Part shown: in pieces, positions 9,005-18,800 of the stretch
Layout of the letters: each line of letters begins with the position of its first letter
How positions within the stretch are numbered: position 1 is the first letter of the stretch
Source of the DNA: an uncultured Dechloromonas sp.
Lineage (GTDB): Bacteria; Pseudomonadota; Gammaproteobacteria; Burkholderiales; Rhodocyclaceae
Direction of reading: 5' to 3'
Length of the DNA: 36,609 nt
Assembly: GCA_946477505.1 (NCBI GenBank)
Contig: CAMKYP010000001.1
Span: forward strand, 1 to 36,609
The notes under the pieces: model-generated
What the model saw: only the letters and a program-made list of their open reading frames with translations
What the model was told of the DNA's origin: nothing
Databases searched by the model: none
Position numbers and translations under genes: made by a program

Positions 9005-9071
9005 GAATGGCTCCTGAAAGTGGAATGGAAATGAAACTTGTGCCCTGTCGCAGATCGCGACCGGATCTGGC

Positions 9072-9467
9072 TCAGCCGAGAACGGCGTTGGCCATTTGGG
9101 CGTAACCGCCCGCGTAGAGCTGGGTCTGCTCAAAGCGGATCTCGCCGTCGCCGGCAAGATCGGAACAATCGAGGTCCATCGCGGTGACGTCCTCGCCATT
9201 GACCAGGCGCGCCCAGGTCGCCAGCCCCGAGGCGGTGATCAGGGCGTTCTCCATGGCGGTTAGCACCAATTGGCCGCCGACCACGTTGCCGCAGGGTCGA
9301 GTCAGACGCACCTCGACCAACATGCCGCTGGTCGGTGTGTCGGCCGGCTGTGCCGGGCGGACCCCACCGTAGATCCGCACCCGGGCGGGCTGCGTACCCC
9401 GATCCAAAAAAGCCCGGGTGCTTTCGATCCGGGCCAGGCGATGTTCGGTACTGAGCGTGATCGTCAT
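9072..9467 (-). CDS. Phage tail structural protein (131 aa)
   Basis: RIYGGVRPA...ASGLATWARL motif typical of small siphovirus tail proteins. ATGA-coupled to the upstream gene. Confidence 0.65.
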   Translation of the reverse strand: MTITLSTEHRLARIESTRAFLDRGTQPARVRIYGGVRPAQPADTPTSGMLVEVRLTRPCGNVVGGQLVLTAMENALITASGLATWARLVNGEDVTAMDLDCSDLAGDGEIRFEQTQLYAGGYAQMANAVLG

Positions 9468-10555
9468 GGGACCACCTCGGGACGCAGTTGGTCAGCAATC
9501 ACCGCGCGGTAATGGTGCTCATGATCGTGCGCCACGACGATGAAACGCTGGTCCGGGTCGAGATGATCGAAACAGTAGCGACCATCCGGCGCACTCCACC
9601 CCTCGGCCACCAGCAGATTCGTCTGGGCACTGAAGAGCTGCACCCGCCGCACCAGGGGTCGGTTCGGCGTGCCTTTTTCCTTGACGCTGCCGACGATGAC
9701 GCCGTCGCCACCGAAGTGGATATTGCGCACATACTGCGGCAAGTCCCGCCACTGGGTGTCGTAACCACCAGCACGGTCCCACATCGCCGAATTCGGACTG
9801 TGCCAATGCGGCAGATCCGCACAACGCGCCCCGGGCGCCGTATTGAGCAGCAAGGTGCGTTCGTGCGGCGCCTGCGTAAATTCCTCAGACACCACCAGGT
9901 CACCGATGATCCAGTCCTGCACCGCAGCAACGCTGGCCTTGCCCCACTGGATGTAGAGCGTGGCACCGCGCGACACGCCATTGACGAAGTGGTCAACGGA
10001 GTCCCCCGAGCGACTGAACTGGAACGGGTTCGCACCCGGCCAGTTGTGCTCGACCCGATAAGGCACGATGGTCACCGTCAACTGGGTTTCACCCGTCGTC
10101 GGCCAGGAGTCCTGATAGCTGTTGGTGCTCCAAACCGTCTTGAGTTCCAGGGGCTGGCCATCCACCTCGTAGGTCCGCGTCACCATCCCGGTCGCGTTGC
10201 TGCCGTCGTAGCCGGTGTTGCACCAGAAGCGGAAGTTCAGCGGCGACAGGGGCTCGTGCCCCAGTTCAATCTCGCAGGCCCAGATCCCGGCCACCGCCCA
10301 GCCGGAATAGACGCCGATATCGACCGCATCCGAGCCCAGGGCCTTGGTGATGTCGATCGACCCATCGGGCGTGGTGTAGGTGTTGCCGGCGATGCGCACC
10401 CAACCGGTCGAACTGCTGACCTGTGCGCCCGAGGTGCCATCGAAGGTGTCCGAACCGCCATCACCCCAGGGATTGCCATCCTTGGACACGCCATAGTTGT
10501 TGAAGAAGGGCACGGTGTTGCCCGTGCCCAATCGAGGCAGTAACAGAAGGCTCAT
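9464..10555 (-). CDS. Tail fibre-associated protein with C-terminal carboxypeptidase-regulatory (prealbumin-like) domain
   Basis: C-terminal GVIVGSVKEKGTPNRPLVRRVQL...WSAPDGRYCFDHLD...VAHD. G/W/N/S-rich N-terminal domain. Confidence 0.65.
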   Translation of the reverse strand: MSLLLLPRLGTGNTVPFFNNYGVSKDGNPWGDGGSDTFDGTSGAQVSSSTGWVRIAGNTYTTPDGSIDITKALGSDAVDIGVYSGWAVAGIWACEIELGHEPLSPLNFRFWCNTGYDGSNATGMVTRTYEVDGQPLELKTVWSTNSYQDSWPTTGETQLTVTIVPYRVEHNWPGANPFQFSRSGDSVDHFVNGVSRGATLYIQWGKASVAAVQDWIIGDLVVSEEFTQAPHERTLLLNTAPGARCADLPHWHSPNSAMWDRAGGYDTQWRDLPQYVRNIHFGGDGVIVGSVKEKGTPNRPLVRRVQLFSAQTNLLVAEGWSAPDGRYCFDHLDPDQRFIVVAHDHEHHYRAVIADQLRPEVVP

Positions 10556-10558
10556 GGT

Positions 10559-11827
10559 TCACCGCCAGGGCCCGGTAATGTCGAACGCCACCTGCGCGCC
10601 TTCGGCCTCGGAACTGTATTGGGTGCGTACCAGCAGAAAGCGTCGACCGGACTGGCCGACGACGTTCTCGACGATGGTCTGGTCGGTATAGGGCCGATCC
10701 TGGTGCATCCAGTACATGCCCGGCATCATCCCGCGCAGGTGTCCGTCTTCCTGCCGCACATAGGTCGGCATCAGCCACAGGCTGTAGTCAGCCCCATTGG
10801 GAAACGGCAGATTGCCGCGTCCGCACACCTGCTGACCGTTGTTGGTGTTGAGCGATGTCACCCCCCATCGCACGTAGTTGCCGACCTGCGTGTGGTTGCG
10901 CAGGATGACCTTGCCCCCCACATCCAGCGAGTGGGTCAGTCCATAGCCGTTGTACTGCCCGGGGTAGCTCGAATACTGATTGTTGATGCTCCAGTAGCGG
11001 TCATCGGCGCACAGCACCGTGTGGTAACGGTCGCCAGGCTTGAAGCTCTCGATGTCACCAAAGCAATAGAAATTGCGGCCGTACCAGTTGTACCCCGCCG
11101 CATTGGTCACGAACAGGAAGAACAGGCGGTCGTCGCCCACCAGCACCCAGTTGCGGTTGCCGCCACCGCTGTCGCCATAGTTCTCGTAGCCACCTTGCTG
11201 GGCGTGGTACCACTTGTGCCAGCCCCACTGGTTGGCTTCCCACTGTGTCCAGTTCTGGTTCGGCTTGCTCGGGTCGAACGGGGCTTGCGCCCCGACAATG
11301 GTCCCGATGTCCGCCATATCTTCGACGATACCGACGTTGGCCCACTTGGCCCAGGTCGTGCCATAGGACGCCCCTTTCAGGCTGTCGTCGATCAGCAGCA
11401 GGTTGCCTGGTGACTGCATATGGCGACTGCGGTAGGCACGCTTGTGCGTGGTCGCGAACGCGATCTCCCACCCCAGCGGTGCCACCTTGGCCGACAGGCT
11501 GGTGGCCGTGGTGGCAGGTGATGTCGGGGTGCCCGTGACCGCATAACTGAAGGTAGTGGCGGTGACCGCGAGCACGCGAAACTGGCCGTTGTAAGCGGCT
11601 TCGTTGGCCCCCTCGATCAGCACCACCTGGTCTTTGAGATAGCTGTGGCCGGTGGTGACCGTCGCCGTGGCCAAGCCATCGGCAAAGCTCAGACGGTCGA
11701 TCCCCTTGAGGTTGAAGCCGTTAACGAGCACCGCATCGAGCATGTTGACCAGATCGCCCCAGGCGTTGGACACCTGCGGGGCGCCAGCCATGCCACTGTT
11801 GAAGTATTTGACGCTCAAATCAGTCAT
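10559..11827 (-). CDS. Tail fibre-like protein (422 aa)
   Basis: YFNSGMAGAPQVSNAWGDLVNMLDAVLVNG...APLGWEIAF...FDITGPWR. Aromatic/Gly-rich; follows the large tail protein. Confidence 0.65.
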   Translation of the reverse strand: MTDLSVKYFNSGMAGAPQVSNAWGDLVNMLDAVLVNGFNLKGIDRLSFADGLATATVTTGHSYLKDQVVLIEGANEAAYNGQFRVLAVTATTFSYAVTGTPTSPATTATSLSAKVAPLGWEIAFATTHKRAYRSRHMQSPGNLLLIDDSLKGASYGTTWAKWANVGIVEDMADIGTIVGAQAPFDPSKPNQNWTQWEANQWGWHKWYHAQQGGYENYGDSGGGNRNWVLVGDDRLFFLFVTNAAGYNWYGRNFYCFGDIESFKPGDRYHTVLCADDRYWSINNQYSSYPGQYNGYGLTHSLDVGGKVILRNHTQVGNYVRWGVTSLNTNNGQQVCGRGNLPFPNGADYSLWLMPTYVRQEDGHLRGMMPGMYWMHQDRPYTDQTIVENVVGQSGRRFLLVRTQYSSEAEGAQVAFDITGPWR

Positions 11828-11839
11828 TTATTTCTCCAC

Positions 11840-14800
11840 TCAAGGCGTGTCCACATCACCGCGCAACAGCAAGGAGAAGGCATCGTCGGGTACCGTTTCC
11901 GGTCCCTGCTGAACCGTGCGCACCACCCAGACGGGAAACTGCGCACCAATGGTGTTGAAGCGCAGCACGTTGCCGGTTGCCCATCCGTTGCCCCAACCGA
12001 GCGCCGGCAGGAAGAAATACGGCACGCCGGTTGACGGGTTGTTCGGGGCGCAGTCGGTGCTGGTGTTGCCGGATGCGATCACGCCCACGTTTTCACCGAT
12101 TACCTCGAAGGACGTGCTGTTGGTGAAGCGCACGATCCAGCGCTCGGTCAGCGCACCCCGGTTGGTGACACGGATCGGGTACTGGGTGTTGTTGAAGGTG
12201 GCCGTGGCCGATCCACCCGACAGGCTGTCGGACCACGCGCCACTCCAGGAGGCTTGGTCGAACACCAGGCTGACTCGGGCGAATAGATCGCCGGCCATCA
12301 AGGCGCTGGCCACGAAACTGCCGGAACGGGGATCGCCCGGCGTGGCGAGCGGATAGTCATGGGTCAGTGCGCGCGTGAAACTGATCTCGCCGTTGATCTG
12401 CGCATCTCGGACCACCGCCATGTCCTCGATGCGGTGCTCGATGGTGACGGGCTGGCTGTAACCACCGACATTGCTGAAGGTCACTGTCCCGGCTTCGAGG
12501 TCGGCTGTGTAGCCCGTCGGAATCACCACACCATCGTTGCCCACGATCCGGACCCGGGACAAACGAACCCGACCGCAGTCGATGGTCTGACCGTTGATGA
12601 CCGAGGTCGTGATGCGTCCGGTGTGGCCCACCACCGCAAACCCACCCGGGCGGAAGATCGGTACGCGCCCATCGCTGGGCAGGCGTACCGGGTCGATGCC
12701 CAGCAGATCGGCGTCCAGCGGCAAATAGCTGTAGGCCACCGCGCTGTAGCGCACACTGGACGCTGCGACAGGTTCCGGCTTGAAGATCTTGCCGTCGGCA
12801 CTGACGTTGCTGGCATCGAACCAAGGTTCCGATTCATTGCCGGCCGCCGTGACCACACTCCCGAAACGCACGCGCACCAGCCCCGTCTCGTAGTCCACCG
12901 CCCCACTGACGCCGGACGCATTGATGACACCATCAATGCCTGCCGTCACGCTTTGGGTGCCACCGACGGCCCGCGCGAACTGGATCGACAGCGACCCTGG
13001 TCGCAAGGGGGCCGCGCCGGTTCGAAACACGAATTCGCTCGAGATATTTTCACCGACGGTGGTGACGCAACTGGCCCGGGTGATCGCGTTGCTGACGCCG
13101 GTTGTCCAGGAGGTGAGCCTGACCTCGCCCGACAGGTAGTTGATCGTGCCTCGGGTCACCCAGCCGGCCGTGGTGTATTCCCGCAGCGTGCCTTGCCCGT
13201 TGTCGCCCCAGGGTTGTGAACCTGCCACCGTCAGCAAGACGGTGCCGGTCACCACCTGGGCTTGGACCCCAGGTACCAGGCGAAACGACGGGCTGAAGGT
13301 GAAGGTCTCGGACTGATTGCTGGTCGAGCCGGCGCTGTTGTAGCGCAGCTTGACGTAACCCGACTCGTCATTCGGATACAACGAGGGCGCATCGATGTAC
13401 TGGATGCCGGCGTAGTTCAGCCGGAACATCTGCTGCCATCCGCCCGCCGTCGCCCACCCCAAGCGTTGTGCCGTGTAGACTGGTCGCGGGATTTTGATCG
13501 TGACATCCGGTGCGAAGAGAACTGCGCCCGTGTCGTAGTCGACCGCACCGATCACGCTGCCATTGAGCACCACGTTCCCGGCACCATCGTCCCGCGCGAT
13601 CTGGGTCGGGTCGACCCCGTTCCACAAGCCGATGCCCATTTCCTGGATCTGCTTTTGCGTATAGACGCCCAAGCCCGTGATGTCGGTCAGCGTATTCCAC
13701 TCGACTTCCAGCGACCCGGGCAGGATCGAGCCCAGCGTTGCCGTGACCGGCACCTGACCCGCCCCATTGCGGGACGGGTGCGCGAAGTTCTCTTCTTGTT
13801 TAGGGCCAGCGACGTAGTTGACCGTCAGCGTCGTACCCACAGCAGGCAGCAGAGTGGGCGCGAATTCCAACTGGTGCTGTGCGGCACTCAGGCTACCCGT
13901 GGCGGCGCCGGAGAGCGTGCCAGCAGTCGATGCCGTGGCAGTCTTGGTGCCACTGTGTTCCCACGAAACCGAAAGCGACCCCGGCTGCACCGCCAGGCCG
14001 GACGGCGGGTTGAGGGTCAAGGTCTGCGCAGCCTTCAGGCTGGTGCTCGGTTGCGCGGTTTCCTGCGTCGGGACGTTCCAGGTCAGCACCAAGGAGGAGC
14101 CGACATCTGGCAAGGCACCCAAGGTGACGACAAAGGCGCCCGTGTCCTTGTTGTAGGTGCCGGCGCCATAACTCGCGTCCAAGCCCTTGAGCGAACCGTT
14201 ACCCGCGTCTGACAGCACATACCATCGGCCCTGGGCCATGTAGCTGATCGAGAAGGTGGCAGGCTGAGCCACTGGCAGGAGGGTGCCCACGTAGGACTGG
14301 CTGCGCGACTCCGGCGTGACCTGGATTTCCGAGCTCTGCGGAGCGCGCAGGATCTGGGCGGCCGGTCGGTAAGTGACCAGTTTTGAATTCGACATCGTGC
14401 CCGAGTTCAGCGCCAGGATGCCGTTGGCGTAGTCGATGGTGCCGATCGTGCCGCTGGCCGTCTTGAGCAATCCGGCGTCATCGAAGATCGTGATGCCGTC
14501 CGTGGCAATGCTCAGCGAACCGGGCAGGCAACCACCAGGCAAATTGAAGTTCGTCGCCGTCGTCCAGCCATGCGTGGCCGTGTAGCTGATCGAGGATGCG
14601 CCAGGTACCGGCAGGCCGGCCGCAGCATAGGGTGGCACAAAGGAAATCGGTGTCTCAGTCTGGGCGCTGGGCACCAGTTGCGTATAGATCGACGCCCCTT
14701 TGATCGTGAAATCTCCCAGGGACCCGGCGCGGGTCAGCGGCACCACCCCGACATAGGTACCGGCATCGGCCACCACCGTATCGCGGGTCTTGGTGCTGTT

Positions 14801-15445
14801 GGTCGCACGGGTGAAGAGTCGATTCGAGGGCGAACCGGTGAAGTCGTAGCGCAAGGCATCGCTGATATCGACGGTCACGACGTTGGCCGTGTAGTCCTGG
14901 TTGGTGTTGTAGGTGAAGGTGCGCTCCACGACCGACACCGAGGTGGCCCGGATGTACTGCTCTTTCTGGGTCGACAAGCCTTCGTTCTCGATCAGCACCA
15001 GCGTTTGACCGACGTTCGGAATGGCATCGGTGGTGCGCTGAAAGAGCTGGATCACCCGCTGTCCCGCGATATGGTTCTCGAACAGGTAGCCGGCCCACTC
15101 CGGCCCCTTGTTGAGGTAGGCCTCGATACGGACCTGCGCCTGCTCGCGGGTGTCGAAGGTTCGTTCGGTCGAGAACAGCGTGACGCTGACCCTGGGATCG
15201 GCAGGCGGTTCGGCCACGATGACGTTGGCCCCGAAATAGGTGTCGGTATCGTCGGTCTGCACCGAGACGAAGGACTTGCGCAAATTGACCCGACCGCCGG
15301 CACGATCCACCTCGGAAATGTCGGGAAAGATCGCGTTCGACACCCCATCGGCAATCGCATGACCAGTGGGCGCACCACCGCCCTCAGGCACATCCGCCAT
15401 CACGGCAGATTTCAGCAGTTTCACGTCGCCGGATTGAATCGGCAT
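11840..15445 (-). CDS. Large tail/baseplate structural protein (1201 aa)
   Basis: Repeated GTIDYANG/GAVDYDTG/GTINYLSG/GAVDYETG motifs, N-terminal NAIFPDISEVDRAGGRVNLRK, and LLGIDPVRLPSDGRVPIFRPG. Lies downstream of the tape measure gene. Confidence 0.75.
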   Translation of the reverse strand: MPIQSGDVKLLKSAVMADVPEGGGAPTGHAIADGVSNAIFPDISEVDRAGGRVNLRKSFVSVQTDDTDTYFGANVIVAEPPADPRVSVTLFSTERTFDTREQAQVRIEAYLNKGPEWAGYLFENHIAGQRVIQLFQRTTDAIPNVGQTLVLIENEGLSTQKEQYIRATSVSVVERTFTYNTNQDYTANVVTVDISDALRYDFTGSPSNRLFTRATNSTKTRDTVVADAGTYVGVVPLTRAGSLGDFTIKGASIYTQLVPSAQTETPISFVPPYAAAGLPVPGASSISYTATHGWTTATNFNLPGGCLPGSLSIATDGITIFDDAGLLKTASGTIGTIDYANGILALNSGTMSNSKLVTYRPAAQILRAPQSSEIQVTPESRSQSYVGTLLPVAQPATFSISYMAQGRWYVLSDAGNGSLKGLDASYGAGTYNKDTGAFVVTLGALPDVGSSLVLTWNVPTQETAQPSTSLKAAQTLTLNPPSGLAVQPGSLSVSWEHSGTKTATASTAGTLSGAATGSLSAAQHQLEFAPTLLPAVGTTLTVNYVAGPKQEENFAHPSRNGAGQVPVTATLGSILPGSLEVEWNTLTDITGLGVYTQKQIQEMGIGLWNGVDPTQIARDDGAGNVVLNGSVIGAVDYDTGAVLFAPDVTIKIPRPVYTAQRLGWATAGGWQQMFRLNYAGIQYIDAPSLYPNDESGYVKLRYNSAGSTSNQSETFTFSPSFRLVPGVQAQVVTGTVLLTVAGSQPWGDNGQGTLREYTTAGWVTRGTINYLSGEVRLTSWTTGVSNAITRASCVTTVGENISSEFVFRTGAAPLRPGSLSIQFARAVGGTQSVTAGIDGVINASGVSGAVDYETGLVRVRFGSVVTAAGNESEPWFDASNVSADGKIFKPEPVAASSVRYSAVAYSYLPLDADLLGIDPVRLPSDGRVPIFRPGGFAVVGHTGRITTSVINGQTIDCGRVRLSRVRIVGNDGVVIPTGYTADLEAGTVTFSNVGGYSQPVTIEHRIEDMAVVRDAQINGEISFTRALTHDYPLATPGDPRSGSFVASALMAGDLFARVSLVFDQASWSGAWSDSLSGGSATATFNNTQYPIRVTNRGALTERWIVRFTNSTSFEVIGENVGVIASGNTSTDCAPNNPSTGVPYFFLPALGWGNGWATGNVLRFNTIGAQFPVWVVRTVQQGPETVPDDAFSLLLRGDVDTP

Positions 15446-15446
15446 C

Positions 15447-15854
15447 TCAGAGCTCCAGGAAGCGAAGGGTTAATCGGTAAAAGTCAGTGTCGGCACGTGC
15501 GGGGAAACCCAGCACCGGCTCGGCATCGATGACGGTTTCCGTGTGGCGGAAAGCCACCGTGAAAGCACGTCCATCCGCCAGGCTCAGCAGGAAACGGCCC
15601 GTGCTGTCGGTCAGGGCCACCGCCGCCCAAAGTCGCAATTGCTCGACTGTGGACCGCGTCACCCAGGCCATGTCAGGGGCGCCCACCAGGGTGATCGGTC
15701 GTCCGGCCAGACGAGTCGCTGACTGGATCAGCAAGGCACCCGTGATCAGGTAGGCGCTGCTGGCCACGTTCGGAGACCAGCTGTGCTCGTCGGTCCACAA
15801 CAAATCGTCAGGCAGCAACAAGGCCACCGCATCGGCGAGGTTTGTCAGTTGCAT
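15447..15854 (-). CDS. Distal-tail-like protein (135 aa)
   Basis: LPDDLLWTDEHSWSP...ITGALLIQ...GRPITL. Immediately downstream of the tape measure gene. Confidence 0.65.
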   Translation of the reverse strand: MQLTNLADAVALLLPDDLLWTDEHSWSPNVASSAYLITGALLIQSATRLAGRPITLVGAPDMAWVTRSTVEQLRLWAAVALTDSTGRFLLSLADGRAFTVAFRHTETVIDAEPVLGFPARADTDFYRLTLRFLEL

Positions 15855-15862
15855 GGGTAATC

Positions 15863-18800
15863 TCAAGCCGCGCGGCTACGCGCAGCATCCAGAAGTTGCA
15901 GAAGGCGAGATTCGTCGCGGGCATCGACGGCGGCACTGACCTTGCGCTCGCCGGCCGCCAGTTCCACCCGCACGGTGCGCCCGGGCGAGGCATCCGCTGG
16001 CAGCGTGGGACGAAGATCACGAAGATTCAACGAAGCCCCGTTAGGCTGGACCAAACCGCCCGTCGCAAACCCCTGCACCCGCTGCGCGAGGGCTTGGGCC
16101 GGGAGCGACAGGTTGTTGATCGCATCGAAGAACCCGGCACCGAAACGGGCCACGGCACCCCGGTTGATCACGTACTCCCCCGGCGTCAGCATCGCCGGCA
16201 CAGTATCGCTGCGGGCCAAGGCGCTGCCACCATCGGCAAAGCCATTGACCTTCTGCTGCTTGGCACGCGCCAACTGCAACATCAGTCCCTTGATCTCGGC
16301 ATCCTTGACCGGGATCTCAGCCTGCATCTGCTCATAGCGCCGCCAGAAGGCATAGAACGCCGACTCACTTTTGATCTTGCTGCGCTCCTGCAAGTAGGCC
16401 ACCAGATCGCTTTTGAGCTTTTCGAGTTCGGCGCGTGCGACTTCGACGGCCGCTTCGTAACGCGCCACATCCCCAGCGCCTGCCACACCTTCCGAACCGG
16501 AATTGACCATGCCGCCGCCAGCAAAAGCGCGAATCAGCGCACCGTACTTTTGCACCGCCGCCTTGCGGATCACAAAGGCGCCGGCATCCAGCGTGCGCGG
16601 CACCGTGTCGTGATGCCCCGAGCCTGGCACCGTGCCGCCCGTCATCCGGGGGAAAGCCGGCGCGACCGTGCCACCCTCCGCAAAATGCTGAATGCCACGC
16701 CCCACCAAGCCACCGGTGGCGTTGACCTCCACCCGCTGCACATAGATGGTGTGGGTGCTCGAGGTGTTGGCGCCGTTCAAACTCATGATCTCCGAACGGG
16801 CCGCTTCCGCATTGGTGCTGACCTGATGCCGGGATTCGGTCTGGATGCGATCCAGCGCCTTGATCATCCCTTCGACGTTGGTGATCGCGGCCTGTGCCTT
16901 CTCGGTCGCCACTTTCAATTCGAACTGCGAATTCTGGTCGGCATAGGTCTTGAGCTTGTCGAGCGCCTCCTTGGCCTTGCTGACGTCCGCATCGACCGGC
17001 AGCCTCTTGCCCTCTTTGAGCAGCTGCTCGTACTCTTGCAGCTTCTTTTCCGCTTCCTGCAGATCGGCCTGAATCTTGAGGAGGAATTCCTTCTCTGCCA
17101 GCGCCTTGTCCAGGTCGGCAATCGCCTGATCGAAGCGGGTCTTGTCGGCATCGATCGTGACCTTCAGCCCATCCTTGAGCTTGGTCGTGATCTGGTCGAT
17201 CTGGGTTTCGGTCTGCGTCAGGGTCTGCTGGATTTGCTCGCGGGCGGTCAGTGCCGATTGGGCAGCTTTCTGGTGAGCCGCGCTTTCCGCATCCAGCGTC
17301 TTGTTGAGCAACTCCTCCGAGGTCCGGATGGCACCGATGGCGCCTGCCACCTCGTTCTTACTCTGCACTGCGGCCTGGTCGGCAGCCTGGGATTTCTGGG
17401 CAATCTCGGCGCGCAGTGCATCGGCCTGACGCATCAACTGGTCGGCGGTGGCGTACTCCTGCTTGCGGTAGGCCTCGCGCGACTGCGCTTCGAGCTGCAC
17501 GACCTGGGTCATGTTTTGCTCGGATTGTTTCTTGGCGTCCTCAGCGCGCTTGGCCTCGTTGGTTTGCGAGGTGGCCACCTGGGCGGCCAGGTCCATGGCT
17601 TTTTGGGCCAGTTGCCGGGCCAGCTCGAGTTCGCCGTTGGCCAGGGCCTCGCGAGCCTTTTCCTGATACTCAGCGATCTGGTATTTACGATCCTCGTTGG
17701 CCTGGAACTCGGTCATGCCCTGACGGGCAATCTCGCGGATGCGTTCCTCCGTCGTCATCGACAACTGGCGCTTCTCGTTCTCGATGCGCTGCACCTCAGC
17801 CAAGTGCCGATTGGCTTCGGCGTTCAAGGCATCGATGTGCTGTCGGTACTCCGACAACGCCTGGGTCATGGTCTGGCGCTTGGTGGCCAGGATCTCGTTT
17901 TCCACGCGGGTGACGTTGGTCGAGCGCTCGGCTTCGGTCTGCCCCTGGCGCTGGGCGGCCTCGATGCGGGCACGCCCCTCATCGTCGATCAGCTTCAGCG
18001 TCGCTGTGGTGGCCTGCTGGCGCAGGGTGGTTTGCTGCGTCAGCGCGTCAGTCAGCAGTTGCGTCGACTTGGTGATCAGCGCGGTTTCCGACTGGGTTTT
18101 GAGTTCCAGTGCGGTTTGTTCCTGCTGGTAGCGCGCCTTGACCGCATCGATCTGCCGTTGCAGGTTGGCTTCGACGATGCTGGTCAAGCCCTTGTAAGCA
18201 TCGGCCATCTTGGCCGTGGCGTCATTGACGACCCCCTGCGCTTTGCCGACTGCCTGTTCGACTTCGCCCAAACGGGATTTCAGCTTCTCCAGTGCGCTGT
18301 GGACAGCCTCAACACCACGCCCGACCGCCTCCTGCGTCCCCTGGCGAACGGCTTCCAGCCGCTTGGCAATCTCCTCGGCGGCGGTCGCGGCGGTATTCAT
18401 CGCACCCTTGGCCGCGTCCGCTCCCTTGGATGCGTCGGCGTACATCTGGCCGAAGATCTGGTTCATCTCGGTCAGGCGCTGTTGGTGGCGCCGGGTCGCC
18501 TCGTCAATGGTGTCGGACGTGAAGATCGCGGCAAAGGCTTCCCAGCGGTACTGCAACTGCTCGATCGCCTTGACCAGAATCTCCACCATGAAGATGCCAG
18601 CCTTCCTGACGATCTCGAATTTTTCCGAGAGCCAGGTGCCAATCTCCCAGCCGACCAGGAAGGACCCCAGTACGGCAAAGGCCGTCTTGAGTACGCCCAC
18701 GCTGGCCACAGCCGCCGACACCGACAGGTTGGCCGTTGCCCATGCGGCAGAAGTCGCACTGGCGGCCGCGACGGCAGCGGCGCCGGCGGTTTGCCACGCG

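Noticed and set aside
6169-11827. Diversity-generating retroelement or invertible tail-fibre shufflon
   Set aside because: No reverse transcriptase or invertase is in the window, no near-identical TR/VR pair was noticed by eye, and all tail genes are co-oriented. A self dot-plot would be needed to exclude it completely.
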